From Macrostomum lignano (Eukaryota), in contig NIVC01001916.1 of assembly GCA_002269645.1 (NCBI GenBank), positions 62,001 to 126,000 on the forward strand: a stretch of DNA of 64,000 bases, given 5' to 3'. Both the position numbers and the translations under genes were made by a program. A model generated the notes under the pieces. It had not been told where the DNA came from. It worked only from the letters and a program-made list of their open reading frames with translations, and ran no database searches. Of this stretch, positions 23,170 to 33,083 are shown one piece after another (within the stretch, counting starts at the first letter, position 1; the number at the start of each line of letters is the position of its first letter).

Positions 23170-25675
23170 TTACGTTACAATGTGGAGACTGTCCTGAGCT
23201 GTAAGAGTTATTTTAGGTCAGTGAATAATGCGAAGTTCCAACAAAATGGTTGCCGTGCAGTCAGTGGGGTGTCAGTGAGGTGTCAGTGCAGTCAGTAGGG
23301 TGTCAGTGCAGTCAGTGGGGTGTCAGTGGGGTGTCAGTGAAGTCAGTAGGGTGTCAGTGCAGTCAGTGGGGTGTCAGTGAAGTCAGTAGGGTGTCAGTGC
23401 AGTCAGTGCAGTCAGTGGGGTGTCAGTGCAGTCAGTAGGGTGTCAGTGCAGTCAGTGCAGTCAGTGCAGTCAGTGAGGTGTCAGTGCAGTCAGTGCAGTC
23501 AGTAGGGTGTCAGTGCAGTCAGTGGGGTGTCAGTGCAGTCAGTAGGGTGTCAGTGCGGTCAGTAGGGTGTCAGTGCGGTCAGCAGCAGAAGCACTCACAG
23601 GTTTTAAATGCTTTTGAAGAAGCTTTGTTTGCATCATCACGGGCCTTCGAAGCTGTAATGATTTTATTTTCCGAGTTTTTACTTTTACGATGCAGTTTAG
23701 TATGCAATAAAGACAAACTGTATGCGATAGACTCTAATGAAAAAAAATTTACCATCTTTAAAAGTTTTCATTGCTTTGGCACTGCCCACATTCTGGAGGT
23801 TCTTCGCCTTTTGAGCTGAAATTTTGGTAGGCAAAGGTGAGCTGTGTTACCCGAGCAGTTTGTCAGATAAGTGGTGTGTCAGGTGAGTGGTGTGTCAGGT
23901 GAGTGGTGTGTCAGGTGAGCGGTGTGTCAGGTGAGCGGTGTGTCAGGTGAGTGGTGTGTCAGGTGAGTGGTGTGTCAGGTGAGTGGTGTGTTAGGTGAGT
24001 GGTGTGTCAGGTGAGTGGTGTGTCAGGGGATTTGTGTGCCGGTTCTAGTTTTTGAGGAATCAAGTCTTGAAATCGCAAATAGCCCCAGCTGTCTCACTTT
24101 TTTTGAAGGCCTTGGCTTTAGCGGCGTTCTCAGCCAACCGGGCTTTGTGGGCTGCAGGAAAACAAAATTAAGGGTGTCGGTGCAATTAGTGAAGATGTCA
24201 GGCGGATTAAGTAGGGTGTCGCTAAAACTAGTTAGGATTTTGAACTAGAGTTAGACACGTTTTCTCAAGATATGCAAAAGAAATTACCTTTATTGAAATT
24301 TTTCATAACTTTATGGCTGCCCAAATTATTTGTACGAGGCGCTGAAAAATAAAAATACTGGTTCACTAAGTTTAAAGATAGCTTTGAAATATTGATAGAA
24401 GTAGAATGATTTTATGGTAGAAAAGCCAGTAGGGAGTGACACCCAGGACGCATTCAAATAACACAGTAATCAGTGGAGTGACACAGGAGTCAATGGAGTG
24501 ACACAGGAGTCAATGGAGTGACATAGTAATCAGTGGAGTGACACAGGAGTCAATGGAGTGACATAGTAATCAGTGGAGTGACACATGAATCAGTGGAGTG
24601 ACACAGGAGTCAATGGAGTGACATAGTAATCAGTGGAGTGACACAATAATCAGTGGAGTGACACAGGAGTCAGTGGAGTGACATAGTAATCAGTGGAGTG
24701 ACACATGAATCAGTGGAGTGACACAAGAGTCAGTGGAGTGACACAGGAGTCAATGGAGTGACATAGTAATCAGTGGAGTGACACATGAATCAGTGGAGTG
24801 ACACAGGAGTCAGTGGAGTGACACAGGAGTCAATGGAGTGACATAGTAATCAGTGGAGTGACACATGAATCAGTGGAGTGACACAGGAGTCAATGAAGTG
24901 ACACAGGAGTCAGTGGAGTGACACAGGAGTCAATGGAGTGACATAGTAATCAGTGGAGTGACACAATAATCAGTGGAGTGACACAATAATCAGTGGAGTG
25001 ACACAGGAGTCAGTGGAGTGACATAGTAATCAGTGGAGTGACACAACAATCAGTGGAGTGACACAGGAGTCAGTGGAGTGACATAGTAATCAGTGGAGTG
25101 ACACATGAATCAGTGGAGTGACACAAGAGTCAGTGGAGTGACACAGGAGTCAATGGAGTGACATAGTAATCAGTGGAGTGACACATGAATCAGTGGAGTG
25201 ACACAGGAGTCAGTGGAGTGACACAGGAGTCAATGGAGTGACATAGTAATCAGTGGAGTGACACATAATCAGTGGAGTGACACATGAATCAGTGGAGTGA
25301 CACAGGAGTCAGTGGAGTGACACAGGAGTCAATGGAGTGACATAGTAATCAGTGGAGTGACACAGGAGTCAGTACAGTGACACAGTAATCAGTGGAGTGA
25401 CACAGGAGCCAGTGGCCGGGGTGACACAGGAGCCAGTGGCCGGGGTGACACAGGAGCCAGTGGAGTGACACAAGAGTCAGTAGAGTAACACAGGAGTCAG
25501 TGGAGTGACACAAGAGTCTGTGGAGTGACAGAGCAGTGTACTGAACCAGCAGCAACTTACCTTGCTTAAATCGCTTTAATCCTTTCGGGCAGGCAGACGT
25601 CAGAGTGGCATCTTCCATGAGCAGGATGAGCACAACAGTTGACAGTATAGAGATGCATCCTGTTTTGTGCAACAT
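23170..25675 (-). CDS. Secreted Lys/Ala-rich cationic peptide precursor B (83 aa), 4 exons
   Basis: Exons 25675-25561, 24151-24098 (54 bp), 23652-23599 (54 bp) and 23198-23170, all phase 1 with GT-AG ends, give MLHKTGCISILSTVVLILLMEDATLTSA-CPKGLKRFKQAHKARLAENAAKAKAFKKTSKARDDANKASSKAFKTSQDSLHIVT*. The last exon is the least certain. Confidence 0.72.
23255..23582. repeat. GTCAGTGCA/GTCAGTGGGGT compound minisatellite (intronic)
   Basis: Tandem periodicity. Confidence 0.92.
23868..24027. repeat. 16-bp minisatellite (GTGAGTGGTGTGTCAG), intronic
   Basis: Same unit as 4325-4650. Confidence 0.93.
24440..25535. repeat. 20-bp minisatellite (AGTGGAGTGACACAGGAGTC and variants), about 53 copies with higher-order patterning
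   Basis: Tandem periodicity; fills intron 1 of peptide B. Confidence 0.96.
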
Positions 25676-26043
25676 TTTCGCAAGTCAACTTCAACTATAT
25701 TGAATTTCAACTGACCTTTCTGGTTTATCAAATTCGGTTTCTTGCGCAACAGATCGATAATATTTAAGAGTCGAAAGCGATTTAAAAAGTAATTCCGTAC
25801 TTTCACCCTGCATATATTGCGAGCATGTGCTTGGACATAAAATAGAATACTAATAAATAAAGGTTTGCAGCTTCTGCAGCGGCTATTTGTCTATGTGTGA
25901 AAGTACGGCATTCTGAGCTTCTTGTGATGCTGGTGCTTGTCTATGGCTAGGACCAAAAAAATCGAGCTTCTGGCGATCCTGTTATGTTATTCATCCATGG
26001 TCAAAACCTAAAGTGCCATAGACAAAATCATGGTGGAGACTTT

Positions 26044-27646
26044 CGGTTAACAGTAGAAAGACCATGGGGGTGTATTTCAAATACACACATTTTTCTTTTG
26101 TCTGGATCTCCGAGAATATTCAACCAATTGCCATCAAAATCCAGAACACGGGCTAAAATTTTCCGCTCTATTCGACGAAGCAACTCTGAGAATCACGAAA
26201 AATCGGCATCGTTGAGATATTCAACGATTCTCCTCGGGGTGTCCGGTGGCAAAAACCACCAACATTGGCAAATTTTTTCTGTTCACAAAATCTCATCTTG
26301 AAACCACGTCGGCTCAGGAAACTATGCATATAAGTCGTAAAGGCCTTTCTTCTCAGCATCCCAGGAACCAGGGTCCCCTTCATCACTGTCTGGAGCATCG
26401 GCGGCGACCGTCAGGACCTTCAAAAAAAGCATCCGATCGGCATCGCAGAGACGGCTGCGTTCCCAAAACTGAAATGGAAGAATCCTCTTCTGCATTCAGC
26501 GTTCAGTCAGCAGACATAATCGGTGAATGAAATGGACGACGGCGACCCTCTAGGTTGACCTGTAGACATACAAGCGACCTTCGGGACCTTCAACGGAGTG
26601 CCACCATGCGGCCCCGACTAGCTGGCATCCCCAACATCGTGAATTTTCTGTCAAGGCACCAAACCAGGCATGTCTGCATGTTATACAGTGGTCCTGCACC
26701 ATGTTCAGCATTCAGCTCTGTCTGGACGACCTCCGGCACCTTCAACGGAATGCCACCACGCGGCCCCGACTAGCTGGCATCCCCAACATCGTGAATTTTC
26801 TGTCAAGGCACCAAACCAGGCATGTCTGCATATTACACAGTGGTCCTGCACCATGTTCAGCATTCAGCTCTGTCTGGACGACCTCCGGCACCTTCAACGG
26901 AATGCCACCACGCGACCCTGACGAGCGAACACTCCCAACATCGTAATCTGTAACTCTCCAATTTAACATGGTGGAAAAGCATTGTATAATATGCAAACAT
27001 GCCTGGTTTGGTGCCTTGATAGAAAGAGCAGGATGTTGGCGTTGGCGGTGTCAGCTCATCGGGGCCGCGTGGTGGCACTCCGTTGAAGGTCCCGAAGGTC
27101 GCCTGTGTGTCTACAGGTCAGCCTAGAGGGTCGCCATCATCCGTTTCATTCACCGATTATGTCTGCTGACTGAATGTTGCATGCAGAAGAGGATTCTTCC
27201 GTTTCAGTTTTGGAAACGCAGCCGTCTCTGCGATGCCGATCGGATGCTTTTGTTGAAGGTCCTGACGGTCGCCGCCGATGCTCCAGACGGTGATGAAGGG
27301 GACCCTGGTTCCTGGGATGCTGAGAAGAAAGGCCTCTCCGACAGATGGACCCAGATTATTGAGCCAATATAGATTCACCATAAAGGTTTATACAGTGTAG
27401 TGTTGGTTGTCCTTGCCACCAGTGTCTTCGACAAGAATCGTTGAATATCTCGACGATGCTGACGTCGGATGACTTTGAAAGTTAATTCGTTGGAAAGGGG
27501 GGGGAATTTTGATCCAAATGGTGGACTTTTACGAAAATTGGTTATTCGGTTTGCGAGCTATGGTGAAATTGGTTGTGTGTATTTGTAATACACCCCCATG
27601 GTCTTTCCCCATGGGGAAAATAGCGTGGTCTTTCTACTGTTAACCG
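26044..27646. mobile_element. Foldback-type element: about 1.6-kb imperfect palindrome with an internal 152-bp tandem duplication in the left arm
   Basis: Ends CGGTTAACAGTAGAAAGACCA / TGGTCTTTCTACTGTTAACCG; inverted homology of 26340-26700 with 27030-27340 and of 26200-26230 with 27430-27460; centre near 26960; CCTTCAACGG recurs at 26587, 26739 and 26891. No TSD or transposase recognised. Confidence 0.8.
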
Positions 27647-28295
27647 CATAGGTTTATTGCTTTAACTACTTTTAAAATTTTAAAATCTGGATTGGAAAGA
27701 ATGCTAGAGAACTAACTAACTACCTAACTAAAGAGCTTTTTTGATGAGTTGCCCTTATATAATCCTCAGAGATATTTAACTCTTGTAAGAGGTAAGTACT
27801 TGAAGACTTGAATTACTTGAGGTAAACACGTATTGTTAAATCACATCACCAGAGGTAAACTACTTGCAGTAATATTATAAACAATAATTGAACTCGAAAA
27901 TAAGAAGAAACAAAAATCATTTTAAAGTTTGTAAGTGTTATCTGATTATACTCATCTGTGCAAAGTATATTTGTTATACAAAGAAAAAGCCTAAAAAGTT
28001 TAAAAAAAGTTTTCTATTGCTATGTAAATCTGTGAAAAAAACTTGGCTTATGTACACTGCACTGCATGTTTAACAAGGACCACAGATACAAGAAGAGCTA
28101 TAGATATTCACTCGCAAAAAAGAGGTCGTCTACACGGTCCACTCTTTTCAGTAGATATTTGCGTTTGTGCCTAAAATAAATTGTCTTACCGACTCCAGAC
28201 TGCCAGGCATAAGCGAGTAAGAGAAAAGGCTGATAAGACAGTTTGACTTTCCCCTTGCCCGCTTGCGGCCGACTTTGACCTCTTCTCCTTACTGC

Positions 28296-28445
28296 TCTCT
28301 CATTGGCTGAGCTAGATTGGGCCTGCCGTAGACTGAATTTCGTCCGTTTATCTTTGACCTCTCTCATTGGCTGAGCCAGATTGGGCCTGCCCTAGACTGA
28401 ATTTCGTCCGTTTATCTTTGACCTCTCTCATTGGCTGAGCCAGAT
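28296..28445 (-). promoter_or_regulatory. 64-bp tandem repeat (about 2.3 copies) rich in CCAAT boxes; possible promoter
   Basis: CATTGGCTGAGC at 28301, 28365 and 28429, with a second ATTGG in the complete units; a minus-strand donor G|GTAAGA follows at about 28189. Confidence 0.4.
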
Positions 28446-28919
28446 GGGGCCTTCCCGCTGCTGCCCGCTCGAGTGTACATCGAGTTAAATGCTTGCTATT
28501 CATTCTTAACCCTATAAGCTTAATGAGGCCGCAAACCCAGAGGAAGGAAAAAAATTAGCTGCCACATTATATTTAAAAGACACTGCGCAAACAAACTACT
28601 GACAAAGAGTAGACGCTCTACTTTTTTCACAAGTTTATTTGGGATTGATACAAGTATATCTAGTAATTCTAGCGTCTGTGATTATGACCAAGTGCCTATT
28701 TGTATACACAATATTTCTGTAAAATTAATACTGTAACCCGCTTAATACTGTAGGTTTTTGCGACCAAATAAATATTTGAACTGCAGAAGGTCTGTTTATC
28801 TTAGCTGTGCTGTAGTGTACAACAACGTGGCGGTAGAAAGATACTATTCATTATTTGCTGACAAACTGTTGACGCAGTGAAAAGTAGCGAGTGATGTCAG
28901 CTAGGACTCAGTTGATTCT

Positions 28920-31543
28920 CTAAGCGCCAACTGCAAGTTTTTACGGGGAAAATTTATTAGGTGAGAACGTGAATTTTCCTGATTTTCAGAACTATTTTTA
29001 CATTAGGTGTGTCAGGATTCAGGACTAGTTTCTAAAATGTGTCAGGACTAGTTACTCAAATGTGTCAGGACTAGTTTATAAAACTTGTCAGGACTAGTTT
29101 CTGAAATGTGTCAGGACTAGTTACTCAAACGTGTCAGGACTAGTTTATAAAACGTGTCAGGACTAGTTTATAAAACTTGTCAGGACTAGTTTCTGAAATG
29201 TGTCAGGACTAGTTACTCAAACGTGTCAGGACTAGTTTATAAAACTTGTCAGGACTAGTTTCTGAAATGTGTCAGGACTAGTTTATAAAACGTGTCAGGA
29301 CTAGTTTATAAAACGTGTCAGGACTAGTTTATAAAACGTGTCAGGACTAGTTTATAAAACGTGTCAGGACTAGTTTATAAAATGTGTCAGGACTAGTTTA
29401 TAAAACGTGTCAGGACTAGTTTATAAAACGTGTCAGGACTAGTTTATAAAACGTGTCAGGACTAGTTTATAAAACGTGTCAGGACTAGTTTATAAAACGT
29501 GTCAGGACTAGTTTATAAAACGTGTCAGGACTAGTTTATAAAACGTGTCAGGACTAGTTTATAAAACGTGTCAGGACTAGTTTATAAAACGTGTCAGGAC
29601 TAGTTTATAAAACGTGTCAGGACTAGTTTATAAAACGTGTCAGGACTAGTTTATAAAACGTGTCAGGACTAGTTTATAAAACGTGTCAGGACTAGTTTAT
29701 AAAACGTCAGGACTAGTTTATAAAACGTGTCAGGACTAGTTTATAAAATGTGTCAACTCATCACAATTTTCTAATCGAGCCCACTTACCTTTAACGGAGC
29801 CAGCAGAAGGAACTGGAATTATGATGATGTTTGGGATTAATTAATTAATAAATTGTTGGGATAGCATGCATTTCGGAATGCAGTAAGTTAAAATTCACTC
29901 ATAAGTCACTCACCCCCAGAGCTGAGAATTTTTGCGCTAGGAGCCTTTTGGGTTCTCCCTGAGGCCTTTGCCGCGGCTCTTCCAAACTTGGATTGGTGCA
30001 GTTTTGTCATCTCGGATTTTTCGACTGAAGAAATAATTATGAGCATTGAGGGGCTTTGAGATAGAATCTGAGATAATCTACGAAAATATTTCAAAAAGTG
30101 GGTGTCAGACAGATTGGGTGTCAGACAGATTGGGTGTCAGATAGATTGGGTGTCAGACAGATTGAATGTCAGACAGATTAGGTGTCAGACAGATTGGGTG
30201 TCAGATAGATTAGGTGTCAGACAGATTGGGTGTCAGATAGATTGAATGTCAGACAGATTGGGTGTCAGATAGATTGAATGTCAGACAGATTAGGTGTCAG
30301 ACAGATTGGGTGTCAGACAGATTGGGTGTCAGACAGATTGAATGTCAGACAGATTAGGTGTCAGACAGATTGGGTGTCAGATAGATTGGGTGTCAGACAG
30401 ATTGAGTGTCAGACAGATTGAGTGTCAGACAGATTGGATGTCAGACTGATTGGGTATCAGATAGATTGAATGTCAGACTGATTGGGTATCAGATAGATTG
30501 GGTATCAGATAGTTTGGGTGTCAGACAGATTGAGTGTCAGACAGATTGGATGTCAGACTGATTGGGTGTCAGATAGATTGGATGTCAGACAGATTGGGTG
30601 TCAGACAGATTGGGTATCAGATAGATTGGATGTCAGACAGATTGGGTGTCAGACAGATTATATGTCAGAATGTTGGCTCAATGTTGGAAATTTTAGCTCA
30701 TTGTAATACGTGAAGGATCATAACAGTGAAAACATGAGTATAATGATAAAATTGATATACTTACAATTTTTAAATTTTCTAAAAGCCTTGTTACCCTTCA
30801 GGACGCTTCTTTTGTAAACTGAAAAAATTGTAAGAGGATAATTTTTTTAGTATAACATTGAAAAGAAATTTGAAGGCGCTGTGTACAGTACATTGAGGTG
30901 TTTGTGGTGTGTCTCGGAAGACATTGAGGTGTTTGTGGTGTGTCTCGAAAGACATTGAGGTGTCTGTGGGGTCTCGGAATATATTGAGGTGTCTCAGAAG
31001 ACATTAGAGGTTTGTTTGTGGGGTGTCTCGGAAGACATTGAGGTGTCTGTGGTGGGTCTCGGAAGACATTGAGGTGTCTGTGGTGGGTCTCGGAAGACAT
31101 TGAGGTGTCTCAGAAGACATTAGAGGTTTGTTTGTGGGGTGTCTCGGAAGACATTGAGGTGTCTGTGGTGGGTCTCGGAAGACATTGAGGTGTCTCAGAA
31201 GACATTAGAGGTTTGTTTGTGGGGTGTCTCGAAAGACATTGAGGTGTCTGTGGGGGGTCTCGGAAGACATTGAGGTGTCTCCTAAGACATTGAGGTGTCT
31301 TTGTGGGGTGTCTCAGAAAACATTTTTAGGTGTCTATGTGGGGTGTCTCAGAAAAAATTGAGGTGTCTGTGTGGGGGGTGTCTCAGAGTATTATTAAAAG
31401 GCAAAGCAACGCCACAGGTGAGATAACTTACGATTTTTGACGCCTCTCAGAGCCGCCCTGCAGGTGGAGCCGTTCTCTGTCCAGCACAGAAGCAGAAACA
31501 GGCAAACGAGCAGCAGCAGTTTCGAAAAAACGCACAATGACAT
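28920..31543 (-). CDS. Secreted Lys/Ser/Ala-rich cationic peptide precursor C (about 93 aa), 5 exons including two 24-bp microexons
   Basis: Exons 31543-31432, 30818-30795 (24 bp), 30024-29914 (111 bp), 29812-29789 (24 bp) and 28930-28920, all phase 1, give MSLCVFSKLLLLVCLFLLLCWTENGST-CRAALRGVKNLYKRSVLKVEKSEMTKLHQSKFGRAAAKASGRTQKAPSAKILSSGVPSAGSVKVGA*. The terminal exon is uncertain. Confidence 0.7.
29005..29755. repeat. 23-bp minisatellite (GTGTCAGGACTAGTTTATAAAAC), about 32 copies
   Basis: Tandem periodicity. Confidence 0.97.
30100..30665. repeat. 16-bp minisatellite (TCAGACAGATTGGGTG), about 35 copies
   Basis: Tandem periodicity. Confidence 0.96.
30890..31385. repeat. About 31-bp compound minisatellite (GTGTCTCGGAAGACATTGAGGTGTCTGTGG)
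   Basis: Tandem periodicity. Confidence 0.92.
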
Positions 31544-32430
31544 TTTTGGGCTTGAAGCTGCGACCTTAAACACTGACTTTCAGCACTTCACTTTTCAACT
31601 TGCCATAATCCGTTATTTTTTTCTATATTCAAAATAAATCTTTTTCAAAGGGCTGCGAGTTGGGCCATAGACGAAAAAGTAAAACAATTAAGCGTTGAAA
31701 TCTTGGAAGTGTTCGATGCGCGTCACAAAACATCGGCAAGCAGCGTGCATTTTAATAAAAGTACATCATTATATTTTTAACAACAAAACTAACATAGACT
31801 GAAATAGTTCAATAAAAGCGGAAATAGCTATTAAAAACTTATAATATTCGAGCACCTTAGTTTGAAAAAGACGATATGTATTGAAAAATACTTTGTAAGC
31901 CAGGGCAGCTGCTGCAAAAAATGACACAAAAGCGACTGCTTTCCAAAGCCGATATGTATAGAAAATTACTACTTCAAGGAGGGAAGCTGCAAAATTTAGA
32001 AATAAACAAATATATAAAATACTATAGAACACCGCCTAAGAAGCCGTGCACACGTGTATTAAGACAAATACACCGAAAGTATGTAATTACTATAAAAGTA
32101 AATTTTACAGAATAGCACATTTATTGTAAAAGTACGCTCCAAGAAATTTAGCACAATACGGGACATTTTGTAGAAAAGTACAAAAGTACACTTTCACTAA
32201 AAGTACATTTCATAGAAAACTACATTTCTTTGAAAGGTTAAATGTATATAAAAGTACATTTCTTCAAAATTAAACCTAACGTAAAAGTACATTTCTTCAA
32301 AATTAAACCTAACGTAAAAGTACATTTCGTAAAAAATAGTTTTTTAAAAGTACACTTTTATTAAAAGTACATTTCGTTAGTTTTGTAAAAGTACACTTTT
32401 AATAAAAGTACATTTCGTAAAAAGTTAAAT

Positions 32431-33003
32431 TTAGCCAGCGCCAGACAGCGCAGCGGGCAGCAGTTTGGCGCCATTGATTCCGTGAACGGACACTCGACCC
32501 GGACGCACCATGAGGCCGTGTTGCTGCTGACAGGTGAAGTATCTCTTGCCGAGGACTCGGCCGTCGTTTCGACCCAGCGGTTTTCGTAGTTCAACGCCCA
32601 GCCAAACACCGTCGGCAAAGTGCACCCGGCCGATGAAGCGGACGGTGCCCATCAGATTGCCGCAGAGCACCTGAAAAGATAAATTAGCAATCCATTTTAT
32701 TTTATTAGCATCTGAGCGATAGATTAGCAATCCATTCTACTCTATTAGGTTAAGAGATATAGATTAGGAATCTATTTTATTTTATTATATTCGAGCGATA
32801 GATTAGCAATCCATTTTTATTTTATTAGGTTCGGAAAGATAGATTAGCAATCCATTATATTTTATTAGGTTCGGAGACAGATTAGCAATCCATTCTATTT
32901 TATTAGGTTCGGAGACAGATTAGCAATCCAATTACACATTCATGCATTACAATACTGCAGTCACTATACCTGTAATCCTTCGCGCAGAACAAGTGTTGCT
33001 TGT

Positions 33004-33083
<80 letters not shown>

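Noticed and set aside
24440-25535. CRISPR array (also considered for 29005-29755 and 63093-63265)
   Set aside because: The context is eukaryotic, there are no cas genes, and the minisatellites lack unique spacers; the 63-kb motif is too short and degenerate.
28170-28210. Walker A-like QSGVGKT in ORF 28098-28367
   Set aside because: GKT coincides with the splice-donor-like sequence G|GTAAGAC, and no other NTPase motifs follow.
31769-32032. Hydrophobic 87-aa ORF with an internal YTYRL/NTYRL repeat
   Set aside because: GTG start, T-rich strand bias and a local DNA duplication explain it; no splice context found.
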